Of a stretch of DNA of 64,000 bases, positions 27,554 to 36,744 are shown one piece after another. Under the pieces are notes generated by a model that searched no databases, was not told the DNA's origin, and was given only the letters and a program-made list of their open reading frames with translations. The position numbers and the translations under genes are program-made. Positions within the stretch are counted from its first letter, which is position 1; each line of letters opens with the position of its first letter. Source of the stretch: Planktomarina sp. (GTDB taxonomy: Bacteria > Pseudomonadota > Alphaproteobacteria > Rhodobacterales > Rhodobacteraceae); the NCBI GenBank assembly GCA_020630595.1, contig JAHDBC010000008.1, positions 13,008 to 77,007 of the forward strand, in the 5' to 3' direction.

Positions 27554-28214
27554 ACTGGGTGTGCCATCCAAGGGCCGTTTGATGGCCGATACGTTTGATT
27601 GGTTCGGGCAGCGGGGCATCACGTTGTCCAAAGCCGGGTCTGATCGCGAATATGTGGGCCGCGTCGATGGGATTGATGGCGTTGAACTGGTGCTGCTGTC
27701 GGCCGGTGAAATCCCCCGGGAACTTGCCGCAGGGCGCATTCATCTGGGCGTGACGGGCACGGATCTGATCCACGAAAAACTGGCCGGATGGCATCAGAAA
27801 GTTGCGCCCGTTGCCGAAATGGGGTTCGGCCATGCCGATCTGATCGTCGCTGTTCCCGCATTCTGGACCGACGTGCGCACGCTGCATGATCTGGATGCGG
27901 TCGCCGCGCGGTTCCGCGGGCAACACGGGTTCCGCCTGCGGATTGCCACGAAATACCACCGACTGACGCGGCAGTTCCTGACCGCCGCTGGCGTTGCCGA
28001 TTACCAACTGGTCGACAGTCAGGGCGCGACCGAAGGCGTGGTCAAGAACGAAACGGCAGAGGCGATTGCCGATATCACATCGACCGGTGCGACATTGGAA
28101 GCAAACCACCTGCGCATTCTGGATGATGGGCTGGTGTTGAAATCGCAGGCGACGGTGTGGCGGTCATTGGCCGCCGGGGGTGACCTGACCGCCGTGTTGG
28201 ATCGGTTGGGCTAG
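27546..28214 (+). CDS. hisG: ATP phosphoribosyltransferase, short (HisZ-dependent) form
   Basis: GTG at 27546 gives [13 protein letters not shown]..., the canonical HisG N-terminus. About 222 aa. Overlaps the hisZ stop. Confidence 0.88.
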   Translation: MIKLGVPSKGRLMADTFDWFGQRGITLSKAGSDREYVGRVDGIDGVELVLLSAGEIPRELAAGRIHLGVTGTDLIHEKLAGWHQKVAPVAEMGFGHADLIVAVPAFWTDVRTLHDLDAVAARFRGQHGFRLRIATKYHRLTRQFLTAAGVADYQLVDSQGATEGVVKNETAEAIADITSTGATLEANHLRILDDGLVLKSQATVWRSLAAGGDLTAVLDRLG

Positions 28215-28219
28215 GGGGT

Positions 28220-28280
28220 GGTGGGTTGGCACCCACCCTACGATACCGCGTAGCAGCCCGTAGGGTGGGTGAAACCCACC
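28220..28280. repeat. inverted pair of REP-like family A elements directly after hisG
   Basis: GGTGGGTTGGCACCCACCCTAC (28220-28241) and GTAGGGTGGGTGAAACCCACC (28260-28280), separated by 18 nt. They can form a long composite hairpin. Confidence 0.8.
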
Positions 28281-28290
28281 GTTCTTGGGC

Positions 28291-28749
28291 TTACGCCAAC
28301 ACTTTGCTGTAAATCAGCTTGTCATCCCCCGGTCCCCAGAATTCGGGAATTGTGCCCACCAGCGTGTATCCCGTGGATGGGTAAAACGCGCGCGCTGCGC
28401 TTTGTGCGGGGTCGGATGATGTTTCGATCACCATGACCCGGTGACCTGCGTTTTGCATCCATGTTTCGGCAGTCGCGACAATGGACCGGCCCGCCCCGGT
28501 GCGCTGATGATCCGGGTGAACGCCCAGGGCTTTCATGTTCCATGTGCCTTCGGTCAGAAACTCTAACGTCATATAGCAAAACCCGACCGGGCCTGCGCCA
28601 AGATCATGTACGAACCAGATGTGGCCCGGATCACCGTTCAGAAACGGGGCGATAAAATCCGCCAGCATATCAGCCGGAAACAACCCCGTGGTTTCGGCCA
28701 AAAGGGCGATGGCGTCGCTGTCGCGCGATGTTGCGATGCGTGTTGTCAT
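28291..28749 (-). CDS. GNAT-family N-acetyltransferase
   Basis: About 152 aa from ATG 28749. The acetyl-CoA binding segment is HPDHQRTGAGRSIV. An alternative start lies at 28779. Confidence 0.8.
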   Translation of the reverse strand: MTTRIATSRDSDAIALLAETTGLFPADMLADFIAPFLNGDPGHIWFVHDLGAGPVGFCYMTLEFLTEGTWNMKALGVHPDHQRTGAGRSIVATAETWMQNAGHRVMVIETSSDPAQSAARAFYPSTGYTLVGTIPEFWGPGDDKLIYSKVLA

Positions 28750-28956
28750 TGTGATGTATCTTTCATGTCTTTGGTGCATTCACCCAGCACCATGGGTGCG
28801 GATCAATCCGCATTTGATGTTTCGAAATGGCCTGACCGTTTCAGGCCCTGCGGTCACCCGCAATCGTAGACATAAATTCCTTTCACCCCGGCACTTGCCG
28901 GGCCGTGGGTCCAAGATACCTTCTGCCGACACAAAAGGGAACCAAGGGAGAAACCC

Positions 28957-29079
28957 ATGTTAGATATTCGATATGTGATGGGCGTTGTTGTGGTGCTGTT
29001 TGCCTGTGCGGCGTTTTTCAGCAGCGGCGACCATTCGATTGATCTTATGAACGCAGGCAATTGGGATCGCCGGTTCTGA
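28957..29079 (+). CDS. candidate 40-aa small membrane protein (below the ORF-track length cut-off)
   Basis: ATG preceded by AAGGGAG at good spacing. Translation MLDIRYVMGVVVVLFACAAFFSSGDHSIDLMNAGNWDRRF has one hydrophobic helix. No other support. Confidence 0.3.
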   Translation: MLDIRYVMGVVVVLFACAAFFSSGDHSIDLMNAGNWDRRF

Positions 29080-29511
29080 TCACATCACCCCGATGTCCGC
29101 CAATGCTGATTGCAGCGTTGGGGGCAGGGCGTCTTCGGTCTGGCGGTGTTCAGGCAAATCCGCCGGGGCATCGCCGGGCTGAAGATAGCGCCAGCCCTGA
29201 AACGGGCGTTTGGGCGTCGGGGTGACGCGGATCAATGCGGGGTCGCTGACAATGGCGCAGCGGCGGATGCCATCTGACCCGATCACTTCGTCCAGCCGCA
29301 AGACACGTTGGCGGCACAGGATCACGCCCTTGACGACCCAATAGATGGACCCGCCATTCAAGATCTCTGCTTCGCGTTTGGGCCACATCCGGGTCACATG
29401 GCGCGGCAACCCATCCGCCGTTTGGGCCGGGCGCGACGCTTGCCATGCGGCAAGGCTTTCAAGGGTTTCACTGCCCACGGAAAGTTTGACGAGGTTGACG
29501 GTCTTTGGCAT
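29080..29511 (-). CDS. DUF1489-family protein
   Basis: MPKTVNLVKLSVGSETLESLAAWQ...HVTRMWPKREAEILNGGSIYWVVKGVI matches my recollection of the DUF1489 pattern. An alternative start lies at 29520. Confidence 0.7.
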   Translation of the reverse strand: MPKTVNLVKLSVGSETLESLAAWQASRPAQTADGLPRHVTRMWPKREAEILNGGSIYWVVKGVILCRQRVLRLDEVIGSDGIRRCAIVSDPALIRVTPTPKRPFQGWRYLQPGDAPADLPEHRQTEDALPPTLQSALADIGVM

Positions 29512-29706
29512 AGTGTTCACCTCTTGTTCTGGTGTGTGGCGTTTGGCCCTGCGGCGGAATGGACCACCCTTGGGATGAAGATATGTTTTGAAGGATCGAC
29601 GCCAATGGCATATTGCGTGATTCCCGATGAAAAATTACCGTAGGCGATTTCTACCCCTTGTGGTAGGGTGAACCAAAAACACAACAGATAGATTTTTGAG
29701 GCCCCT

Positions 29707-32001
29707 ATGAGCAGTTTCGCAGCCCCCATCGCAGAGCAGATCTGGGATATGAAATACCGTCTGAAAGACGCAGATGGCACCGCCATCGATCAAACCGTTT
29801 CAGACACATGGGCGCGGATCGCCAAAGACCTTGCGTCGGTCGAAGCCACCCCCGCCGACTGGGAAGGCAAATTCTATGATGCCCTGTCGGATTTCAAATA
29901 CCTGCCGGCGGGTCGGATCACAGCGGGCGCGGGCACAGGCCGGGCGGTGACGCTGTTCAATTGTTTTGTCATGGGCACGATCCCGGACAGCATGGGCGGC
30001 ATTTTCGATATGCTGAAAGAGGCCGCATTGACCATGCAGCAGGGCGGCGGGATCGGGTACGATTTTTCCACCATCCGCCCGAAAGGCGCAGCGGTCCACG
30101 GCGTTGCCGCCGACGCATCCGGGCCATTGTCGTTCATGGATGTCTGGGATGCCATGTGCCGCACCATCATGTCCGCCGGGTCACGCCGCGGCGCGATGAT
30201 GGCCACCATGCGCTGCGATCACCCCGATATCGAAGATTTCATCACCGCCAAGAAAGACCCGGCGCGGTTGCGGATGTTCAATGTGTCGGTTCTGGTCACC
30301 GATCCATTCATGGAAGCGGTGAAAGCCGATGCCGATTGGGATTTGGTGTTTGACGGGACCGTTTACCGGACCGTGCGGGCGCTGGATCTGTGGAACATGA
30401 TCATGCAGTCGACCTATGATTTCGCCGAACCGGGCGTGATCTTCATCGACCGGATCAACGCCGCGAATAATCTGAATTACTGTGAAACGATTGCGGCCAC
30501 GAACCCATGTGGCGAACAACCCCTGCCGCCTTATGGGGCGTGTTTGCTGGGGTCGATCAATCTGGCCCGGTTGGTGGATGATCCGTTTGGCGATGGTGCC
30601 GCATTGGATGAAGCCAAACTGGCCGATCTGGTCACAACCGCCGTGCGGATGATGGACAATGTGGTGGATGCGTCGAAATTCCCGCTGGAGGCACAGCGCC
30701 AGGAAGCACAGAACAAACGCCGCATCGGGCTGGGCGTCACCGGTTTGGCTGACGCGTTGTTGATGGTCGGCCTGCGCTATGGATCGGAAGAGGCGGCGCG
30801 TCAGACAGACCGCTGGTTGCACCAGATCGCGCGCGCCGCATACCTGGGGTCCGTGCAATTGGCGAAAGAAAAGGGTGCGTTTCCGTTGTTTGATGCGGAC
30901 AAGTATCTGGCATCGGGCACGATGCAGGCCATGGATGATGATGTGCGCGATGCGATCCGCGAACACGGCATCCGCAACGCCCTTCTGACATCCATCGCGC
31001 CGACGGGCACGATTTCCCTGTATGCGGGGAATGTATCATCGGGGATCGAACCTGTCTTTGCCTATGCCTATACCCGCAAGGTGCTGCAAAAGGATGGCAC
31101 CAAGACAGAAGAAGAAGTCGTCGATTACGCGGTGCAGATGTGGCGCGATGTGAAAGGGGACGCAGACCTGCCCGATCATTTCGTGAACGCGCAAACGCTG
31201 GCCCCGCTGGATCATGTGCGCATGCAGGCGGCGGCACAGAAATGGATCGACAGTTCGATTTCCAAAACGATCAACTGCCCCGAAGATATTTCGTTCGATG
31301 ATTTCAAGGACGTCTATATGGCGGCATGGGATCAGGGCTGTAAGGGGTGTACAACCTATCGCCCCAATGCGGTGACAGGATCGGTGTTGAGTGTGGCAGA
31401 GGAGAAGCCGAAGGAGGAGGCCGTCGGTAAAGTTGCGCCAATTACAGCGGATGTCGAAATTGACGGCGACGTGGTTTACATGACCGAACCGCTTGACCGG
31501 CCAAAAGCCTTGGAAGGCAACACCTACAAACTGAAATGGCCCGACAGCGAACATGCGATTTATATCACCATCAACGATCTGATCGTCGATGGTCGCCGCC
31601 GCCCGTTCGAGGTGTTCGTGAATTCCAAAAACATGGAACATTTCGCGTGGACCGTTGGCCTGACCCGCATGATCAGTGCGGTGTTCCGGCGTGGTGGGGA
31701 TGTCAGTTTTGTGGTCGAAGAACTGAAAGCCGTGTTTGATCCCCGGGGTGGGGCATGGATGGAAGGCAAATACGTGCCCTCAATCCTGGCTGCGATTGGC
31801 GGTGTGATCGAACAGCATATGGTCGCCATCGGTTTCATGGCTGGCGAAGGCATGGGGTTGAAACAGGACCCGCAGGCCGATGTGGTCAGCATTCCGCAAT
31901 CCAAAGGGCCCGCCTGTTCGTCCTGCGGCCAATACGGCACCCTGCACATGATGGAAGGCTGCATGACCTGCAACAGCTGCGGGTTTTCGAAATGCGGTTG
32001 A
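29707..32001 (+). CDS. nrdJ: adenosylcobalamin-dependent (class II) ribonucleotide reductase
   Basis: 764 aa. Active-site region TNPCGEQPLPPYGACLLGSINL, SISKTINCP, and a C-terminal Cys-rich tail CSSCGQ...CMTCNSCGFSKCG. Confidence 0.9.
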   Translation: MSSFAAPIAEQIWDMKYRLKDADGTAIDQTVSDTWARIAKDLASVEATPADWEGKFYDALSDFKYLPAGRITAGAGTGRAVTLFNCFVMGTIPDSMGGIFDMLKEAALTMQQGGGIGYDFSTIRPKGAAVHGVAADASGPLSFMDVWDAMCRTIMSAGSRRGAMMATMRCDHPDIEDFITAKKDPARLRMFNVSVLVTDPFMEAVKADADWDLVFDGTVYRTVRALDLWNMIMQSTYDFAEPGVIFIDRINAANNLNYCETIAATNPCGEQPLPPYGACLLGSINLARLVDDPFGDGAALDEAKLADLVTTAVRMMDNVVDASKFPLEAQRQEAQNKRRIGLGVTGLADALLMVGLRYGSEEAARQTDRWLHQIARAAYLGSVQLAKEKGAFPLFDADKYLASGTMQAMDDDVRDAIREHGIRNALLTSIAPTGTISLYAGNVSSGIEPVFAYAYTRKVLQKDGTKTEEEVVDYAVQMWRDVKGDADLPDHFVNAQTLAPLDHVRMQAAAQKWIDSSISKTINCPEDISFDDFKDVYMAAWDQGCKGCTTYRPNAVTGSVLSVAEEKPKEEAVGKVAPITADVEIDGDVVYMTEPLDRPKALEGNTYKLKWPDSEHAIYITINDLIVDGRRRPFEVFVNSKNMEHFAWTVGLTRMISAVFRRGGDVSFVVEELKAVFDPRGGAWMEGKYVPSILAAIGGVIEQHMVAIGFMAGEGMGLKQDPQADVVSIPQSKGPACSSCGQYGTLHMMEGCMTCNSCGFSKCG

Positions 32002-32026
32002 TCTAACCCGCGTACACCAACCACAG

Positions 32027-32053
32027 GGCCGCCCCGATCAGGGCGGCCTTTTT
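32027..32053 (+). terminator. rho-independent terminator after nrdJ
   Basis: GGCCGCCC-CGATCA-GGGCGGCC followed by TTTTTC. Confidence 0.75.
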
Positions 32054-32195
32054 CATTTCTGCCGCATCCACCATGGCAGACGGGCAAAAAAGTTTCGATT
32101 CGGCGAATCAGGGGATTCACAGACCGAATCAGTCGTGCTACGAATCACCTCAACAAAACAAAACAAAAAACTAATCGGCAGGTTTCATACAGGTT

Positions 32196-33248
32196 ATGGC
32201 GCGGGGCATTCAGGGCACCTTCGTGATCGCATGGTCACAGGTAACGGTTGACGGAATGCCCGGGGTCGCGCCGGCGGATATGACGCAAGGGGTCAGTTGG
32301 GGATGGCGCGGGGACGCCGTCCGCGTCGACGGCCCCGCAGAGCTTTTGACATTGGGGGATGCAGACGGCCAGCAGGATATCCGTGCGCGTGCCTCCAAAA
32401 TCGTGCGCAAACTGGTGGGCGCGACCGTTCAAAACAAGAAAATCACCGATGTCGAACTGGATGGAACGCTGGAAGACCAGACCGTTCTTTTGACAGACGG
32501 ACGACTGACCTACACCATGACGTTGATTGAAACGCCCGGTGGGTTGCCGCTGTGTATGTTCGTGGATGAACTGCCACCACAGGGCGCTGATCTTTGGGTT
32601 GTCGATCTGGCGCTTGCCGATCCGAACCGGCCCGTGGCCGCCGAAACGGGCGGGATCATCTGTTTTACCGATACAACCTTTATCGCAACCCCATCCGGGG
32701 GGACCCGCGTGTCTGAACTGGCGCCCGGCGATCTGGTGATGACCCGCGACAGCGGCCCGAAACCCATTTTGTGGATCGGACGGCGCCGCGTTTCCGGGGC
32801 GCGGCTGCATGTGATGCCGCAAATGCGCCCCATCCGGCTGCGCGCCAACGCACTGGGGCAGGATATGCCCGGTGGTGACATTCTGGTGTCGCCGCATCAC
32901 CGGATGGTGGTGCAAGGCCGCGTGGCGCTGGATCTGTTCAACACACACGAAGTGTTGGTGGCGGCCAAGGATCTGGTCAACGGACGCAGCATTTACCACG
33001 AACCACGCGTGCGCGAAGTGGTGTATCATCATATCCTTCTGGAATCCCACGAAGTGCTGTGGGCCAATGGTGTGATGACGGAAAGTTTCCAACCGGCCCA
33101 TATGGATTTGGCCACATTGGAAGACACGCAACGGGCGCAACTGTTTGATCTGTTTCCCGATCTGGAATGGGATCGCGACAGCTATGGCGGCGATGCCCGG
33201 CGCACGTTGTCCGCGTCCGAAGCGGCGATCCTGAAACACGCACGATAA
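32196..33248 (+). CDS. Hint (Hedgehog/intein-like) domain protein
   Basis: 350 aa. The C-terminal half has CFTDTTFIATPSGGTRVSELAPGDLVMTRDSGPKPILWIG ... HILLESHEVLWANGVMTESF, typical of the Hint_2-type domain that is abundant in Rhodobacteraceae. Confidence 0.8.
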   Translation: MARGIQGTFVIAWSQVTVDGMPGVAPADMTQGVSWGWRGDAVRVDGPAELLTLGDADGQQDIRARASKIVRKLVGATVQNKKITDVELDGTLEDQTVLLTDGRLTYTMTLIETPGGLPLCMFVDELPPQGADLWVVDLALADPNRPVAAETGGIICFTDTTFIATPSGGTRVSELAPGDLVMTRDSGPKPILWIGRRRVSGARLHVMPQMRPIRLRANALGQDMPGGDILVSPHHRMVVQGRVALDLFNTHEVLVAAKDLVNGRSIYHEPRVREVVYHHILLESHEVLWANGVMTESFQPAHMDLATLEDTQRAQLFDLFPDLEWDRDSYGGDARRTLSASEAAILKHAR

Positions 33249-33395
33249 ACCCCGGAATAATCCGTTGACTCTGCCCTTTTGCAGGGGCATACGCCGCGCA
33301 TTGGTGTTGGTGGACCCCGCAAGGGGAACCCTGTCGTCGCAGTGACAGCTGCGGAGAGGACAACGCCCTCTAAACTTGAAAGAGGAGATCAGCCG

Positions 33396-34016
33396 GTGAC
33401 AAAACGGACCGCTGCCAAATATAAAATTGACCGTCGGATGGGTGAAAACATCTGGGGTCGTCCAAAATCCCCAGTCAACCGCCGTGAATATGGCCCCGGC
33501 CAGCACGGTCAGCGCCGCAAGGGCAAAATGTCTGACTTCGGTCTGCAGCTGCGCGCCAAGCAAAAGCTGAAGGGGTACTATGGCGACCTGACCGAAAAAC
33601 AGTTCCGCCGCATCTATGCGGAAGCGGAACGTGTGAAAGGCGACACAGGCGAAAACTTGATCGGTTTGCTGGAACGCCGTCTGGACGCTGTGGTGTATCG
33701 CGCGAAATTCGTGCCAACCATCTTTGCGGCCCGTCAGTTCGTGAACCACGCCCACGTCACAGTGAACGGCAAGCGGGTGAACATCCCGTCTTACCGCGTG
33801 AAAGAAGGCGACGTGATCGCCGTGCGCGACAAATCCAAGCAAATCGCATTGGTGTTGGAAGCAACGCAATCGCCCGAACGGGACGTGCCTGATTATCTGG
33901 ACGTGGATCATTCGAAAATGACCGCCACCTTTGTCCGGTCCCCAGGCCTGTCTGATGTGCCTTATCCGGTGATGATGGAACCAAACCTCGTCATCGAATA
34001 CTACGCTCAGAACTAA
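33396..34016 (+). CDS. rpsD: 30S ribosomal protein S4
   Basis: GTG at 33396, preceded by AGAGGAG. (V)[25 protein letters not shown]... gives 206 aa and a C-terminal S4 RNA-binding domain. Confidence 0.94.
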   Translation: MTKRTAAKYKIDRRMGENIWGRPKSPVNRREYGPGQHGQRRKGKMSDFGLQLRAKQKLKGYYGDLTEKQFRRIYAEAERVKGDTGENLIGLLERRLDAVVYRAKFVPTIFAARQFVNHAHVTVNGKRVNIPSYRVKEGDVIAVRDKSKQIALVLEATQSPERDVPDYLDVDHSKMTATFVRSPGLSDVPYPVMMEPNLVIEYYAQN

Positions 34017-34040
34017 GAATTCGAACCATCTGGTTCAGTG

Positions 34041-34071
34041 GGCCGCGACGGGGAACCGCCGCGGCCTTTTT
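34041..34071 (+). terminator. rho-independent terminator after rpsD
   Basis: GGCCGCG-loop-CGCGGCC followed by TTTTT. Confidence 0.7.
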
Positions 34072-34125
34072 CGTTGCGGCGTTTCTTCTCTGGCCCCCTG
34101 ACCGTTGGGTCGCTAAACCGCCGTT

Positions 34126-35226
34126 ATGAAGGATACCGCGATGAATATGCCCAAACCGCAACCCGGCATTATGGACATCAACTTGTACGTCGGCGGCGCG
34201 TCCCATGTGGATGGGGTGGCCGATGTGCTGAAACTGTCGTCCAACGAAAACCCATGGGGGCCACCCCCTGCGGCCGTGCAGGCGATCAAGGATACGGCGG
34301 GGGATTTGCATCGCTACCCATCAACCGATCACGCAGACCTGCGGGCCGCCATTGGCCGCGTGCATGATCTGGACCCCGATCACATCATTTGCGGCGTCGG
34401 GTCGGATGAAATCATCACCTTTCTGTGCCAGGCTTATGCCGGCCCGGGGGACGAGGTGATTTACACCGAACACGGGTTTTCGATGTATAAGATCAGCGCC
34501 CGTGCCGCATCGGCCACGCCCGTGTGTGTGGAAGAAACCGACCGCCGCGTCGATGTGGACAAGATCATTGCCGGGATCACCGACCGGACCAGACTGATCT
34601 TTATCGCCAACCCGGCAAACCCCACAGGCACGTTTATCCCGATGGATGACGTCACGCGGCTTGCGGATGCGGTTCCCGCCCATGTGATTTTGGTGCTGGA
34701 TGGGGCCTATGCCGAATTTGCAGATGGCTATGATGGTGGCGCGGCACTGGTGCGTGATCGATCAAACGTCGTGATGACCCGGACATTTTCCAAACTGTAT
34801 GGGTTGGGGGGGCTGCGCGTGGGCTGGGGCTATGCCCCCCGCGCCATCATTGATGTACTGAACCGTGTGCGCGGGCCGTTTAACCTGTCTGTACCTGCGC
34901 TTGCGGCAGCCCAGGCGGCGATATCAGACACGGCGTTTACCGCGCATATGTTGGCCGAAAATGCCACGGCACGGGATCAGCTGCGGGCGGATTTGGCGGC
35001 CTGCGGTGTGCCATCGGATGTGTCTGATGCCAACTTCGTGCTGGCCCGGTTCAAAGATCACCAACAGGCAGATGCCTGCAACGATCACCTGATGGCGCAA
35101 GGCATTCTGGTGCGCAAAGTGGGCGGCTACGGTCTGCCAAATTGCTTGCGCATGACCGTGGGGCGACCGCAAGATTGCAAGCGGCTGACCGATGCGGTGG
35201 CTCAATTTATGGAAGGGCAGTCATGA
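34126..35226 (+). CDS. hisC: histidinol-phosphate aminotransferase
   Basis: 366 aa. LSSNENP, the PLP-lysine region [16 protein letters not shown], and ANPANPTG. The exact start Met is uncertain. Confidence 0.88.
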   Translation: MKDTAMNMPKPQPGIMDINLYVGGASHVDGVADVLKLSSNENPWGPPPAAVQAIKDTAGDLHRYPSTDHADLRAAIGRVHDLDPDHIICGVGSDEIITFLCQAYAGPGDEVIYTEHGFSMYKISARAASATPVCVEETDRRVDVDKIIAGITDRTRLIFIANPANPTGTFIPMDDVTRLADAVPAHVILVLDGAYAEFADGYDGGAALVRDRSNVVMTRTFSKLYGLGGLRVGWGYAPRAIIDVLNRVRGPFNLSVPALAAAQAAISDTAFTAHMLAENATARDQLRADLAACGVPSDVSDANFVLARFKDHQQADACNDHLMAQGILVRKVGGYGLPNCLRMTVGRPQDCKRLTDAVAQFMEGQS

Positions 35227-36122
35227 TTTACGAAAAGGTTGCCTTGATTGGGCTGGGCCACATTGCGTCTTCGATGGCCCATGGCATGCGCCGCGCAGGA
35301 TGCGTGGGCACGATTACCGGCTTTGCCCGCAGTGCTGAAACGCGCCAAACCGCGCGCGACATCGGGTTGTGTGATCGTGTTGCAGACAGCGCAGCGGATG
35401 CGGTTCTGGATGCGGATCTGGTGGTGTTGTGCGTGCCGGTTGGCGCGATGGGCCCTGTGATGGAACAGATCGCCGGCGCGATGAAGCCCGGGGCGACATT
35501 GACGGATGTTGGATCGGTCAAGCGCAGCATTATTGCAGCCGTCGAACCGCATTTGCCGGACACCGTAGATTTCGTGCCCGGCCACCCCCTGGCCGGAACA
35601 GAACATTCTGGCCCCACATCGGGCTTTGCCGAATTGTTCGACAACAGATGGTGCCTGCTGACACCCTTGCCGGGCACAGAAGCCGCCACAGAAAAGCTGA
35701 CGAAATTCTGGGAAGCGCTGGGCGCGAATGTCGGTGTGACCGACCCGGAACACCATGATCTGGTGTTGGCCGTGACATCCCACGCACCGCACTTGATTGC
35801 CTATACAATGGTGGGTGTGGCAGATGATCTGGGCCGGGTCACCGAATCCGAGGTTATCAATTATTCCGCAACAGGCTTTCGCGATTTCACCCGTATCGCG
35901 GCCAGCGATCCAACCATGTGGCGGGATGTGTTTTTGACCAACAAAGACGCGACGCTTGAAATCCTTGGTCGATTTACCGAGGAACTTTTTGCCCTTCAGC
36001 GCGCTATCCGTACAGGCGACGGAGATCACTTGCATGCCTATTTCACCCGCACCCGTGCCATTCGCCGCGGGATCATTGACGCAGGTCAAGACACTGATGC
36101 GCCGAATTTTGGCCGGGATTAG
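35223..36122 (+). CDS. tyrC: prephenate/arogenate (cyclohexadienyl) dehydrogenase
   Basis: ATG at 35223 overlaps the hisC stop (ATGA). Rossmann segment [14 protein letters not shown] and [12 protein letters not shown]. About 299 aa. Confidence 0.85.
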   Translation: MIYEKVALIGLGHIASSMAHGMRRAGCVGTITGFARSAETRQTARDIGLCDRVADSAADAVLDADLVVLCVPVGAMGPVMEQIAGAMKPGATLTDVGSVKRSIIAAVEPHLPDTVDFVPGHPLAGTEHSGPTSGFAELFDNRWCLLTPLPGTEAATEKLTKFWEALGANVGVTDPEHHDLVLAVTSHAPHLIAYTMVGVADDLGRVTESEVINYSATGFRDFTRIAASDPTMWRDVFLTNKDATLEILGRFTEELFALQRAIRTGDGDHLHAYFTRTRAIRRGIIDAGQDTDAPNFGRD

Positions 36123-36744
36123 CCTTGCGCTGATAGGATCGGGCTGTGTTCTGGCAGATGCGCCCGAAAGCAGCCTGAAACCGCAAATCCGCCCTGCCGA
36201 TTTGCGTGTCGTGGTAAAGCCCGGCCCGATTTGCGGGTCAGACGGCATCATTGGGCGTACCCTTGCCCCGGTTGAAGGGCGACTGCCCGGGTGTGGCATT
36301 GCGCAGCCAGTGTCCGTCACGCAGGTTCTGGGCGTAACGCTTTCCCAACCCGCACGCATGGATTGCCCCACGGCGCTGGCGCTGGAAGAATGGACCCAGA
36401 CAGGGGTGATTGATTTGGTGGGTGATTTCCGCGGCGGCGTTGATCAGTTTCAGGTCGCCGCCCATTATGTTTGCCGCAACAGGTACAACCGCCCCAACGC
36501 CAAAATTTCAGAACATGCCAAAGGCCGGGCGATTGATATTTCCGGCTTTCGCATGGGCGATGGCAGCCGCATGACGCTGCTGCAAGACTGGGATGATGGC
36601 ATCAAGGGGCGGTTCCTGCACCAGATGCACGACACCGCATGCGGAATATTCGGAACGGTTCTGGGCCCCGATGCGAACGCCGCACATGCGGATCATTTCC
36701 ACTTTGACACGGCGCAATATCGCAGCGGGTCTTACTGCCGTTAG
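36097..36744 (+). CDS. extensin-like C-terminal domain protein (predicted exported, metallopeptidase-like fold)
   Basis: Start at [20 protein letters not shown] (signal or lipobox-like). ISEHAKGRAIDISGF and HADHFHFD motifs. Overlaps the tyrC end by 26 nt. Confidence 0.72.
   Translation: MRRILAGISLALIGSGCVLADAPESSLKPQIRPADLRVVVKPGPICGSDGIIGRTLAPVEGRLPGCGIAQPVSVTQVLGVTLSQPARMDCPTALALEEWTQTGVIDLVGDFRGGVDQFQVAAHYVCRNRYNRPNAKISEHAKGRAIDISGFRMGDGSRMTLLQDWDDGIKGRFLHQMHDTACGIFGTVLGPDANAAHADHFHFDTAQYRSGSYCR

Noticed and set aside
29521-29706. Searched the nrdJ upstream region for a cobalamin riboswitch or NrdR boxes
   Set aside because: I could not find the B12-box core or a convincing pair of 16-nt NrdR palindromes by eye. 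Only weak AT-rich half-matches are present. A covariance-model scan (Rfam RF00174) and an NrdR motif scan would settle it.
32235-33911. 558-aa minus-strand ORF spanning the Hint gene and rpsD
   Set aside because: It crosses an intergenic region containing a terminator and a promoter, and is antisense to two well-supported genes. This is a shadow ORF.
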